A stretch of 64,000 nt of DNA. Source: Octopus sinensis. Lineage: Eukaryota. The stretch is taken from NCBI RefSeq assembly GCF_006345805.1, contig NC_043022.1:10788001-10852000 (forward strand), written 5' to 3'. Position numbers and translations under genes: made by a program. A model generated the notes under the pieces. The model was given only the letters and a program-made list of their open reading frames with translations. It was not told the DNA's origin and made no database searches. This document shows, in pieces, positions 24,666 through 37,881 of this stretch (position 1 is the first letter of the stretch; each line of letters begins with the position of its first letter).

Positions 24666-25104
24666 AGTATTTATATATTATATATATATATAATTTTAGA
24701 GATATATATATAATTTTAGATATATATATATAATTTTAGAGATCCACTGTTCCTAAAGAGAATTACAATATTTATGATAAATTTCTTGAAAAAGATGCTG
24801 ATAATCTGCAATTTGTTTAAGAATGTTAATTTGACTGAAAATTACTGTATCCTGGTATCTAAGATAATGGGTTTAAGTTGAACCTCTTAGAAATATGCGA
24901 ATAAATGCAGAGAAATATATATTAGAGAACATTTTACTGTTAAATTAAAGAAAATGTTTTCAAAGAATTTTTCGTTTTTTTCAGATGACTATAATTATTT
25001 ACATAATTACTGCAGAGAAATTAGTTTTCTAATTAATAAGTTTTTTTTTAATGTTTAGCACAGTTCTTGAGTCTATTCAGCGATCTGAATTTTTTTTTCT
25101 GAAT

Positions 25105-25485
25105 GTAGTGTGAAGGTATATAAGCTTGCTTCCCAACCATTTGGGCTTCAGTTCAGCCCCAGTTCAGCCCCACTGCTTGGCACTTTGGGTAAATGTCGTC
25201 TTCTATATAGCCCTAGGTCAACAAAAGGCATGTGAGTGGATTTGGGAGATGGAATCTGAAAGAAGCCTCTGTGTGTGTGTGTGTGTCTTTGTGTTTGTCC
25301 CCTATCACCACTTGATAACTGGTGTTGGTTTGTTTTTCTCTAACTTAGCAATTTGGTAAAAGGAGACCAATAGAATAAATACCAGGCTTAAAATAAAGTA
25401 AGTAGAGGGGGGATTTGTTCAATTAAATCCTTCAAGGTGGTGCCTCAGCATGTCCACACTCGGATTGAAACCAGTAAAAGAAAGA
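25105..25485 (+). mobile_element. SINE family A
   Basis: Diverged head-core-(TG)n-tail. Confidence 0.7.
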
Positions 25486-25974
25486 CAAAAAGCAGATAAA
25501 TATATAGATATGTGTGTATGTACGGTAAATCCTTGAGTATAATATGCAGGGGATTTTTTGGGGGCTGTACCTCTGAAAAACCTAAACTTTGTCTATAATA
25601 CGCTCTACTTCTCTAACTTGAGTCAAGGAGGTCTATATAACGTCCTTGGTTTGTAAAAATGTATACGGTAACATCCTTTATTATTGTTGCATATATAACA
25701 TAATGCTTTTTTTGTGCATTTTGTTTGTAGAAAATAAAGAAATAATGTTTAATAAATGTTGCTTACTGCAAGTTATGGATGATTCTTTTATGACTCCATT
25801 GCTTTCAGGCTTAAGGTATTTTCATGCCTGACATCATAAAATGCGTCTGAATAAACATTGCCAGACAGCAAATAGAGACTTGGACATTGCTTAGAAAATA
25901 TTTTTCATTTTTAACCTTATATATAGTACGCACTAGGGATTTTGAACTTGAAATTTTGGGGAAAAAATGCAGAT

Positions 25975-26207
25975 TATATCGGTCTCTCTTGCTGAACCTC
26001 TCAATTACGGGGGACGTAAACACACCAGCATCGGTTGTCAAGCAATGTTGGGGGTGGACAAACACACACACACAGAATGGACTTATTTTAGTTTCCGTCT
26101 ACCAAATCCACTCACAAGGCTATAGTAGAAGACACTTGCTCAAGGTGCCAAGCAGTGGAACTGAACCCAGAACCACATAGTTGGTAAGCAAGCTAATTAC
26201 CACACAC
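25975..26207 (-). mobile_element. SINE family A, partial
   Basis: tatcggtctctcttgctgaacc...gtttccgtctaccaaatccactcacaaggct... Confidence 0.8.
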
Positions 26208-26256
26208 TTCATAGTACTCCCGTACTATGAATATAATGCACAAGAGCCATTTTATA

Positions 26257-26299
<43 letters not shown>

Positions 26300-26520
26300 A
26301 AGAGCCATAATATGGAACATGACCCAGTTTACTGTGTGTAGATGTATGTATGCTTAATTGAAAATGAAAGACACCTGTTCAAGACATCCTGTCCACCTGT
26401 TTGAAAATGACTTTTGTTATCTTTGGGATAACTAGTTCAGATTATTTGTAAAGTTAGTAGGTCTCCTTGATCTATCTAGCAGCACTAATAGTCAGTAGTC
26501 ATTGTAGACTGTGATATAGG

Positions 26521-26521
26521 C

Positions 26522-26568
<47 letters not shown>

Positions 26569-26785
26569 ATTTGTGTGAGTGTATATCTCTATATATAATA
26601 TATATATATATATCTATTTGTGTGAGTGTATATCTCTCTCTCTATATATATATCTATTTGTGTGAGTGTATCTCTCTCTCTCTCTCTATATATATATTAT
26701 ATATATATATTTGTATGTGTGTGTGCGTATATATATATCTATATTTGTGTGTGTGTGTGTGTGTGCGTATATATATATCTATATT

Positions 26786-26845
<60 letters not shown>

Positions 26846-26870
26846 CTCTCTCTCTCTCTCTCTTTCTTTT
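26521..26870. repeat. Compound (AT)/(GT)/(CT) microsatellite with ~30-bp higher-order units
   Basis: atatctatttgtgtgagtgta occurs 3 times and gtgtgtgcgtatatatatctatatttgtgtg twice. Confidence 0.9.
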
Positions 26871-27229
26871 GTACACATCCATTCACCTGGAAACCATGAA
26901 ACTTTGATATTGTTTATTGTGTGTGATTCATATACATTTGTATGTATAATATATAATATTATATACAGACACACACTTGTATTCATATGCAAGCATAAAG
27001 AGAAAGAGATATATAGAAATTGCAAGGAAGTTACAATTTGTTGATGTACAAGCACTCAGCTCTAAGTGTACTGCTTGTAGCAGAAACACCTTTAAGCTAA
27101 TGAAGGTGTTTCTGTATTTCCTGTTTCCATGTCGTTTAGCTAATTCAACACTATGCTCTGTACTCAACTAACACTTTATTTTGAAGTATATGCAAAATGC
27201 GTTCTAACAACTGCTTATTAAGTATCACA

Positions 27230-27230
27230 C

Positions 27231-27276
<46 letters not shown>

Positions 27277-27285
27277 AGGTGTGTA

Positions 27286-27374
<89 letters not shown>

Positions 27375-27460
27375 CATATACATACATATACATACATACA
27401 TACATACATATACATACATGAGTATGTGTGTGTATAGACACACAAACACACACACATATT
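27230..27460. repeat. Compound (AT)n/(CATA)n/(CA)n microsatellite
   Basis: Directly visible. Confidence 0.9.
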
Positions 27461-27462
27461 TA

Positions 27463-27628
27463 TATTTAAAGCTGTTTGATTTGGTTCTGTGCTACTAAAA
27501 GTTTCACAGGCCCTTGACAGGAGCCCGACGCCTTCTGGATTCAGCATTTCAGAAGCCCGGAGCCTGGCTCCTGTTAAGGGTCTGTGAAACTTGAAATAGC
27601 ACAAAACTGGATCAAACTGTTTTAAATA
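27463..27628. other. Long imperfect inverted repeat (63-bp arms plus an inner stem)
   Basis: 27463-27525 pairs ungapped with 27566-27628: 52 Watson-Crick, 6 G-U and 5 mismatches on the + strand; inner stem 27532-27539/27548-27555. Confidence 0.9.
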
Positions 27629-28634
27629 ATACATGTCGCTCCCTACTAAATGTGTTGTGCCCTTGCCTTTTGTTTGCTCACTCACTTGTGTGTGTGTGTG
27701 TGGTGTGTGTGTAGTGGAAGATACATGTATTTATATATCTAAGTACTCTAAACTTAGTCCTTCAAAAGGGGCCCAGAGGATAATAGAGCTTGAATTCTGT
27801 GTTCCCTCCCAAATAAGTTACCCCCACCATAACTAAGAAACCCTATCTAACCTGCTACCCAGATTAATAGGGTCCATTGTTTCATAAGGGGTCTTACAGC
27901 ACAATCACCAACAATAGTATATCAATGTCCCTCTGGAATATTGCTTGTTTAGTTGTTGACCTTATTTACTTTGTTTGTGAAGAAGAGGCATTCAAGAAGT
28001 GTACTCATTCATTGTAAAAGGTGTACTAAACTACTTTGTGTAGATTTCACATGTGAGTGAGCAGCAACTGGAGGGTATCAAAGCATTCAATATCTAACAA
28101 TTCTTATAATTATTTGTATAGTAATTCAACCCATTTCATAAATACAAAAATTATATGTAAAACACACACAAAAAGCATATGTAAAACACACACACACACA
28201 CTTTCTCTCTTGCTTGCTCTGGTGCTATTGTTTACATATCAGGAGTGAATCTCGGTATTAAATGAGGATATACAATACTAAAAATTAAAACCTCATAATT
28301 GAAGTTGGATATGCGTAGCATGCAAATATACCTTTCCAGCTGTCTCTCATAAAAATCCAATAAAATTAAAATCGAGTTTGTCATTTTGCATCCATTTATA
28401 TGCATACCATGCATTCATGCTGGATATGCAATAGTCATACACACACACACACACACACACACTTTTAGCTTGTTTATGACAATAATGACTCCAACCCTGA
28501 CTAATTAACACTTTAAAGGCTGATGACAAATGTTGGTTTAGTTGTATAATCATAGTCAACTGCAGCTGTAGTCATTGTCTTGCAGTAAACTTGAATTTTT
28601 ACATTATTTACATACTATATATATATATATTTAT

Positions 28635-29045
28635 AGACACAGCTGTGGCCATGTGGTAAGAAGGTTTGCTTCCCAACGGCATGGTTCTGTGTTCAGTCCC
28701 ACTGTGTAAGCACCTTGAGCAAGTGTCTTCTGTGGCCTTGGGTCAACTAAAGCCTTGTGAGTGGATTTGTGAGACGGAAACTGAAAAAAGCCCATCGTGT
28801 GTGTACACATACGTGTACGTGTACAAGTGTGTGTGTCTTTGTGTTTGTCCCCCTCCACCACCATCACTTGACAACAGTTTTGGTGTGTTTACATCCTTGC
28901 AACTTTGCAGTTCAGCAAAAGAAATCGATAGAATAATTATCATGCTTGATAAGAAAATATGTACTGGGGTCAATTAGTTTGACTAACATTCTTCAAGGGG
29001 GTATCCCAGCATGGCTGCAATCTAATGACTGAAACAAGTATAAGA
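28635..29045 (+). mobile_element. SINE family A
   Basis: Head gtggccatgtggtaag, B-box-like gttcagtccc, core, (TG)n and tail ...atgactgaaacaagtataag. Confidence 0.85.
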
Positions 29046-29074
29046 TAAATCTCCCTCCCTTTCTCCCTCTCTCT

Positions 29075-29146
<72 letters not shown>

Positions 29147-29840
29147 TATATTGCCAGGCTTCTCTCAGTTCCTGGTTTCCAAATTCATTTACAAGGCTTT
29201 GGTCGACTGAGGTCTGTATAAGAAAACTGTTTGTCCCACATGTGCATTTGGATTGCATTCAAAATCATGTGGTTGCAAAGTGTACTTCTTAACCCTATAA
29301 AGCTTTCTAAATGGATTTGTCACGATCTTTATTATCATCATCATCATTTAATGTCGGTTTTCCATGCTGGCATCTACAAATGGCATGGGTTGGACAACTT
29401 GATAGGGGGCTGCACCAGGTTCCATAGTCTGTTTTTTTTTTTGCTTGGTTTCTACAGCTAGAGGCCCTTCTTAATGCCAACCACTTTACAGTGTGTAACT
29501 GGGTGCTTTTTACATGGCATGGTAGACAGAAAGAAGCCTGTCGTTTGTGTGTGTGTCCTAGCCTTGACATCATATGAATGTTAACAAATCTGACTGTTAT
29601 GGAAGGAATGTCTTTTGTTTCCAGTAGTCTGTGGAAACATGTCTGGTCATGGGAAAAATAATACCTTACTTGGAAACAGGTGAGGGTTGATGACAGAAAG
29701 GGCATAGAGCTGTAAAAAGTTCACTTCAACAAATTCCATCTGACCCATACATGGAAAAGTGGATTTTAAAACAATGATAAAAATTTTAATTTTAAAAGAA
29801 CTCACAGCTTTTTGACTTCATTGTACAAATGGTTTATTCA

Positions 29841-29884
<44 letters not shown>

Positions 29885-30285
29885 TGTACAGAAAGGCAGT
29901 TTATTTCAGCTCTCATAAAAATCTCTTCAGTATGTTGTGAGAGAGATTTAAGGACTCGTTATATAAATATATTCTGAAATTGTAACAAACATCAATCTTG
30001 AAAAACCAATATCAATAAAATACAAGAAAAGCTAATACAGAAAAGGAAAAGGGAAAAATGTGTTATTGAAGGTGAGAAGTGGGATGTGATTGTAAGATAA
30101 ATATTGAAAATCCCCCCTACAAATAGTAGTTATTAGGATCAGTTAAAGCCAATTATCGTTAAACTTTTGAAAAATTGGATTATGCTTGTGTGAGGGGAGG
30201 GGGAATAACTGTAAGAAGATTTAACTAAGCTTTGAGAAGATGAAAAGTTGTTATATGTATACATAATAAATAACGTGTGTGTAAA

Positions 30286-30597
30286 GGAGCATAGCTCAGT
30301 GGATAGAGCGTTAGGCTCACAATCATGAGGTAGTGAGTTTGATTCCTGGACTGGGCTGTGGGTAGTGTTCTTGAGCAGGACACTTTATTTCATGTTGCTC
30401 CAGTTCACTCAGCTGTAGAAATGAGTTGTGATGTCACCGTTTGCCTTTCCCTTCGGTGGAATGGAGAGGCGAGGCTGGTATGCATGGGCAACTGCTGGTC
30501 TTCCATAAACAGCTTTGCCTGGGCTTGCACCTTGAAAGGGAACCTTCTACGTGTAATCCCATGGTCATTCCTGACTGAAGGGGGACTTTACCCCTTT
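30286..30597 (+). mobile_element. SINE family F (tRNA-derived)
   Basis: A box tagctcagtgg, B-box-like gagtttgattcc; core gtgttcttgagcaggacacttt...gctccagttcactcagctgtagaaatgag. Confidence 0.8.
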
Positions 30598-31674
30598 ATA
30601 TATACTTTAAAATAATATATAAACAAAAGTTAAGCAAGGCTGTTTGATTAAAGAAGCTCTGTTTGTAACCAGATGGGTTTTGGTTCAGTCCTACTGCATG
30701 GCATCTTGGGCAAGTGTCTTTTGTTATTGCCCGAAGCCAACCAGTGTTTTGTGAATGAATTTGGTAAGTAGAAACTGTGGATAACTGTTGCATAGGTGTG
30801 TTTGTCTCTACCAGTACTTGACAAATGTTGTTGGTTCCTTTAGCAGTTTGGCAAAAGAGACAAGAAGAAAAAATAATAAAATAATTGGAAAGAAGAAAAA
30901 AAACTTTGTTATACACATGCACACACACATACATACATGATGGGCTTCTTTTCTGTTTCTGTCTACCAAATCCACTCACAAAGCTTTGACCAGCCTGAGG
31001 TGATAGAAGACACTCACCCAGGGTGCTGTGCCATACCATGGGACTGAACCTGGAACCATGTGGTTAAGAAGCAAGCAAGCTTCTTGTCACACAGCCATGC
31101 CTGCACCTCTCCAAGTCTTTATTCCATAATTGCTTTTGCTGCATGTATGGTTTCCAATTTTTCAGTCATTTTGGTAATTGGTTTTATAAACTTGAGTAGT
31201 TTCTAAGTTTAAAAAATGCTTAACTTATTAAAATATCCGTAATGTATGTACATGTGGGTATACACTTTATATAATCGTTGACTGTTTGACAGTGTTTAGT
31301 TGCTAGTTAACTGGCCATACGCACTGACTGCTTGCTTGGAATAAGGATTTAAAGTTTCTCTTACACAGATTTGTGTTTATAAAACCTGATCGTTAAAATC
31401 TCTAGGGGGTGATGGAATTACCCTACTTGTCTGAGTGATTTTATGTTGGGTGGGTGGTTAGTGGTAGATTTTTGTGTTGTGTTGATGTAGAATGTGGGTT
31501 GGTGGTAGTATATTTTGTGCATACGGTTTGGTGTGTGCGTTTTATCGTGGGTGGTGGTTGTAGAAGTTTTGTGTGGGTGTAGATTGTAGGTGATGAGAGA
31601 TTTGGTGTGTGTGTGTTGTGAGTGTAGAATATAGAATTGGTGGTGGTATAGTTTTTGTGTTGTGTGTGGTTCCT

Positions 31675-32088
31675 TTATCTTTTACTCGTTTCAGTCATTA
31701 GACTGTGGCCATGCTGGAGCACTGCCTAGAAGAACTTTTAGTTGAATGAATTAACTCCAGTGCTTTTTTTAAAAACCTGGTACTTATTCTACCAAACCAA
31801 TAAGTTACAGGGATGTAAAAACACACCAGTGCAAGTTGTCAAGCGCTGGCAAGACACATGCACACTCACACACACACACACACGCACGCACACACACACA
31901 CACGCACACGTATATATAGACAATGAGATTCTTTTAGTTTCCATTTACCAACTTCACTGACAAAAGGCTTTGGTTGGCCACAGACTATAATAGAAGACAC
32001 TAGCCCAAGTGCCACACAGCGGGGACTGAACCTGGAACCATGTGGTTGGGAAGCAAACTTCTTACCACACAATCATGGCTGTACCTAT
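31675..32088 (-). mobile_element. SINE family A
   Basis: Full order of modules on the minus strand. Confidence 0.8.
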
Positions 32089-32182
32089 TAATAGTATTAG
32101 TTGATTAGCCTTAGATCTACTCAAAGCATTCTAGCCATACCCTTTCTATCAGATATTGTGTGTGTGTGTATATATATATATA

Positions 32183-32603
32183 TACTCTTTTACTCTTTTC
32201 AGTCATTTGACTGCGGCCATGCTGGAGCACCACCTTTTAGTCGAACAGATCGACCCCAGGACTTATTCTTTGTAAGCCTAGTATTTATTCTATCGGTTTC
32301 TTTCGCCGAACTGCTAAGTTATGGGGATGTAAACACACCAGCATCGGTTGTCAAGTGATGTTGAGGGGACAAACATAGACACACATTGCAACAATACCAC
32401 ATACATATATATATATATATATACACACACACATATATATGACGGGCATCTTTCAGTTTCCATCTACCAAATCCACTCACAAGGCTTTGGTTGGCCTGAA
32501 GCTATAGTAGAAGACACTTGCCCAAGGTGCCACACAGTGGGACTGAACCCAGAACCATGTGGATGGTAAGCAAGCTACTTACTACACAGCCACTTCTACG
32601 CCT
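32183..32603 (-). mobile_element. SINE family A, near full length
   Basis: Full-length match, flanked by TA-rich sequence on both sides. Confidence 0.9.
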
Positions 32604-33260
32604 ATATGTAGAATACATTATCTCTATATAGAATGCATCTCTTGAAGATGGGTATGAACTAAAGATTTTGCTGCTGTTTCTAGCAGATCCAGTGACCACT
32701 TGACTCTTGTCCTCACAATTCTTTATTTTGTACTTGTTGCTGGTATGCTGGTACTTCAGTATTTTTTTCCACAATTTTAAGTGCTTTATTCCCTAACTCG
32801 TAAAAGATGGCCTTGTTGGCTTCCATGCTGAAACCTCAGTAAGTCTCTTAAAAATGACTTCCTGCCTGTTTATTCAATACTTGTACAGAGTAAACATCTC
32901 ATCTCTCTGCAATAAAGGTTTCTGTTTATATTGCTAGACTTCTCTTCCTCATGACAAAATAATTTATTGCAGTCTGTAAACTTTTGTATTTACGAATATA
33001 TATGAGTGAGGTGTTGACTCCACCATCTGCATCATCAGCTACCAGTGTGGGAAGGCAGCAGCAATTTCAAATAAGAACCAACAGAAAGAAGCTGTTTAGT
33101 CTTTTCTTTAGGAGATGGCATCTCTGTTGCCAGTGGCATGTTAAAATGTACCCGATTAACACTGGGTACATTCTAAGATATGAACACCACAGCAGGTCAG
33201 TTTCTTGTTTTGATGTGTATGTGTGGAAGATGATGTGGAACCAGAATGATCAGCCTAACC

Positions 33261-33442
33261 CAGGGGTCTCAATTATTATATTTTTTACTATGGGCCCCTT
33301 CGATTACTGTCTGATTCTGTTTGGACCCCTTAGCCTAGTTTTATTGATAATTCTTTCAAAATTCCCATTTTGTTTTTCCCTCATTTAGTTGTGTGGGTTT
33401 GCAATAGAACTCAGGGAACCTGTTTCAGTTCTGAGAAACCTG
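33261..33442. mobile_element. hAT-type MITE (copy 1)
   Basis: Starts caggggtctcaa after gcctaacc; ends ttctgagaaacctg; similar to 33579-33781. Confidence 0.55.
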
Positions 33443-33578
33443 TTAAACTATGTAAAACATCAGAGAAAGGAACCTCATTGTTTCATGCATTGTAAGACAT
33501 GTAACACCACAGTGGGTCAGTTTCCTGTTTTGTTGTGTGTCTGGAATATGATGTGCAACCAGGATGATCAGCCTAACC

Positions 33579-33781
33579 CAGGGGTTCTCAACCATTTCTT
33601 TTTACCTATGGACCCTTTTGATTACTCTTTTGTTCTGGTGGACCCCATAGCCATTTGATGTTTTAAAAACTAGTTTTATAGATACTTTTTTCAAAATTCC
33701 TATTTTGTTTTGTAGACCTCCAATTTTTTTATTTTGCTTCCCCCGCCCCAATCTTATCTGGACCCTAGTTAAGAAACAATG
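33579..33781. mobile_element. hAT-type MITE with 8-bp TSD
   Basis: TIR-like ends caggggttctcaacc / agttaagaaacaatg; flanks gcctaacc (33571-33578) and gtctaacc (33782-33789). Confidence 0.75.
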
Positions 33782-33911
33782 GTCTAACCAAGAAAATACA
33801 TAAAATGATGATATTTGAGTTTCCTTGGTTTCTACTGTTTACCTTCTCTAAATCATTGGTGAAGGCCACATAAAATTTCTCTTGTATATTTTTATCCTTT
33901 TTTTTTTTCAT

Positions 33912-34148
33912 TTCTTATTTCTTTACTGCCCACAAGGGGCTACACACAGAGGGGACAAACAAGGACAGACAAACGGATTAAGTCAATTATATCGACTCTA
34001 GCATGTAACTGGTACTTAATTTAATCGACCTTGAAAGGATGAAAGGCAAAGTCAACTTTGGTGGAATTTGAACTCTGAACGTAACGGCAGACGAAATACC
34101 GCTAAGCATTTCGTCCGGTGTGCTAACGATTCTGCCAGCTCACCGCCT
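33912..34148 (-). mobile_element. SINE family C, same subfamily as 13660-13881
   Basis: Complete head-core-tail. Confidence 0.9.
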
Positions 34149-34515
34149 TATTTTTTCATTTCTATTAAGAGGAAGAGGTATATAGCATCCATTAACTTTG
34201 AAGGGGTCTCTCGGTCAAGTGGGTTTAATGTAGCCTCTACTTAGTTTTAGTGTCTGAGTGTGCACATGTACACCATGTGCATTTGTGTAGGTTGTGTGTG
34301 TGCAATGAAAGTGTTGTCCAAATATTTGCCACTGAGCAATCTCCACTGAAGTCACCCACTTTAGACGAGATGGTTGTTTAAATATTCATTGGTGTGGTTG
34401 TGTGCAGTGCAGCATAAAATTTTGTCTGTGTTGATTGATGCTTTGTTTATTACTGCTGCATAAAACATTGTCAATTAATGACTCTGGCTTGAAAAGAAAA
34501 ATAAAGCCTCACAAA

Positions 34516-34909
34516 GCATAGGAGTGGCTGTGTGGTATGTAGCTTGCTTACCAACCACATGGTTCTGGGTTCAGTCCCACTGCGTGGCATCTTGGGCAAG
34601 TGTCTTCTACTAGAGCCTCGGACCGACCAAAGCCTTATGAGTGGATTTGGTAGACGGAAATTGAAAGAAGCCCGTCGTATATATGTGTGTGTGTGTGTGT
34701 GTATATATATTTGTGTGTCTGTGTTTGTCCCCCCCAACATCGCTTGACAATCGATGCTGGTGTGTTTACGTCCCCATAACTTAGCGGTTCGGCAAAAGAG
34801 ACGGATAAAATAAGTACTAGGCTTACAAAGAATAAGTCCTGGGGTCAATTTGTTCAACTAAAGGCAGTGCTCCAGCATGACCACAGTCAAATGACTAAAT
34901 CAAGTAAGA

Positions 34910-34912
<3 letters not shown>
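34516..34912 (+). mobile_element. SINE family A, near full length
   Basis: ggagtggctgtgtggta...gggttcagtcccactgcgtggc...(TG)n...gtcaaatgactaaatcaagtaagag then (AT)n. Confidence 0.9.
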
Positions 34913-34952
<40 letters not shown>

Positions 34953-35388
34953 ATATAGGATTCTTTTGAACGCTGAATGGCTAGGAGGGTCAAGTAAAAT
35001 ATGAATCAAAGGGATCCATAGGTTGAGAAATACTGATCTAACCCTTAAAAGCTTGTGAAAATTAAACATAAATGAATAAAAAAAAATGAAGGAAGTTGAT
35101 ACTTAAGTCACTTGATGTGTAAAAAATTGTAATTAAATCTCCATCAAATTACATTGTCATCTTAAATGAAAGAACTCATTAGACAACAAAGTTTGGGTTA
35201 AGAAAAAATGGGATGGTCATGATTGGAACATTTTTTGATAAGTTCGCTTCCTAACCAGGCTAACTTGGGCTAAACATGGCTACAGACATGGTTTTGTGGT
35301 TAAGAAGTTCACTTTGCACCTATGTAGTTTCATGCACCACGGGAGATATCAAGTATGTTTCATTAGCAATGAAATAGGTAATCCTTTA

Positions 35389-35895
35389 CTAATGTTCAAA
35401 GTGTTGGCCATGGAGATCTAAACAAGTGTTTATAGGGAATTTGAAATTGCGATGAACCCTCTCAAATAGCTCTTCATTGCCATTGTCTTGTTCACATGCT
35501 TCAGCAATTCTTTGATGATGTTCTTGGTCACCAGTCTTTTCAGAATACACAAGGGATTTAATGTAGCCCCAAAAGAAAAAGGCCATGGGAGTTAAATCTG
35601 GTGACCTGGTGCCCATTCAATTGGCCTGTGATGCTCAAGCCATCTCACTGGAAAATATTCAGGAAATCATGAACCTGAAATGCATAATGGGGTGGAGCCC
35701 CATCCTGCTGAAACTAGACAGGATTTCCCCTTCCATCATCTTGTTGCCAAGCATGTCCAGATACCAATCACCTGTCACAGAGCCCTCAAAATAAAAGGGT
35801 CCAATTACTTGATTGTGCCAAATCCCACACCACACCATTACATTGCCCCTGCCTTGTTGATTATCTGCTTCCATCCAATGAAGATTGGTTTGTGA
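35389..35895 (-). pseudogene. Decayed Tc1/mariner-superfamily transposase (DD37D/maT-like motifs)
   Basis: Across frameshifts: VMVWCGIWHNQVIGPFYFEGSVTGDWYLDML...FQQDGAPPHYA...EWAPRSPDLTPMAFFFWGYIKSLVY...CLDLHGQHFEH*. No TIRs found. Confidence 0.9.
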
Positions 35896-37881
35896 GTAAT
35901 ATCAGCAGTTGTGAAAAGAGATAAAAAAAAAAGAGAGAATGTTAGCAATTTCACATATTGCAGGATGGTGCATGACTTTATGGCCCTGCTGTAGTTTAAC
36001 ACTATCACATGATCCTTGGGTACCTTGGAGTCCATTCTGTTAGAAACATTCTTTGATTTTTCTCTGGGTCTGAGAATAATTTTCTCTTTTTCTTCCTATC
36101 AGTTCTGAGGGTTGTGGGAACTGCCCTTTCTTCTCAGAATAACCTTTAAAATTATGAGTAAAAAAAAAAAAAAATTAAAGCAACCAAACTAAAACCAAAC
36201 AAACCCAGAAACAAAGCAAAACAATCCCCACACCTCCTGAACCCAGTCTTTTGTGATGGAATGTTGTTTTGTGAGTGTAAGCTCTGACTTTAGATTGAAG
36301 TTGTGACATTTGGTAAGCTGTACCACCTATCATCTCTCTTGAAACAAATGTTGGTGTTGAGTGAAGCTATACATACTTCTGTCAGCTTAATAAGACCTGA
36401 TTGGCACCACCACCACTACCAGCAGCAGCAGCACTGCCATCATAAACCTCATCACCACTACCACCACAACTTGTCTGTAACAAGTAGATTGAAAAAGTTT
36501 CCTCTGTGTCTGTCGTTCTTTTAACCTGTTGATGTAGCAGCAGTCTTTCTCCTGAATACTCCCTACCCTTCAGGAATTCAGAACCCACTTGTTCTACATC
36601 TTAATATTATTTGTAAAGCACGATAAATATGTATATAAAGTTGGGTTTTCTTTCTACCTAAGCTTAGAAAAAAAAAAAAAAAGGGAACAAAAAAAACGGG
36701 ACCCTATTTAAACTTGTCTGTACATACATTTACATTTTACTGTTTTGTGTTTATGATGTAAAATGATTTGCAATAAATAGATGAGGGGTGGGATTGAGTA
36801 GCTGCAGTGAAGGAGGAGGAGGAGGAAGGTTTGTTCTCTCACCTCCCACCCATTTTCCACTATTCCCCCCCCCACCTCACCCTGTCTCCTATTATTTCTG
36901 CTCTGTTTTTGTTGACACGGTGAGTGAGTCTGAGGGACTGCTGTCAAATGAGAGATATAAATACTGAATATATTATAAGGCTGCTTACAATTTACCTGAA
37001 TAAAAAGAGAAAAATAGCACTTCTTCTTAGTTGAACAAAAAAAGGGTTTGGGACTAATTATTACTGGAAGGTTGCCAACGGTGAGAGAAACTTGCTTGAA
37101 AACATGCTTAATGATTAGAAAGGAAAAAAAAGCAAATAATAATAATAATAATAATTTTGGGCAAATTGCCCAACCTGGACTACTTTATCATCATTCATTT
37201 TGTTTCATGCTGTTGTTCTCTTTCATGTTATTGTACTCCCTATCAACCTTTGGGAATTGAAACCTGCCCCTCTATCCTTTCTGTCTATTGTTTTCATTGC
37301 TGTTGTGCAAAGCCACTGGTCAGGTTTACTGGGACAGAAAACTATAGCTAAAAGAGCTACTTAATTAGCTGAAATAATTTGATTAGCATGTTCTGGTATT
37401 AGCTGTCATGTCATAAGCTTGTGAGGAAGTCTTTACGTGGTTGCTCGAACTACTAAAAATAGCAGCCAAACTTCCCTTAAATTACAGTATTGGATAGTGT
37501 TGCCCTAGGTATACTAGATGGAAAATATTCAGGATAGTTTTAACTGGAATACCTTTGATTATAGGGTCTCCTAGATAAGGGCTGACTTGGGATTAACCCT
37601 TTTACTGTGGAAATCTGATATATCCATTCAAAATTTCATTACCCTTTGACTGTGAAAAGCAGATTTCTATACCAATCTATTTTCTGTTGAGGAATGTCAT
37701 GTTTGAAACTATTTTTTATTGAAATATGTCATGTTTATTGAAGTAATGTGACTCTTGGTAGTCATTTAATTTCATTACTGGAATAACCATGAGAATTAAT
37801 TTAGCAGTTACTGAGTTAAACACCTAGAACATTCATGTATTAATGGTAGGACTTAGAATGTGTAGTCCATTCTCCATTTAG

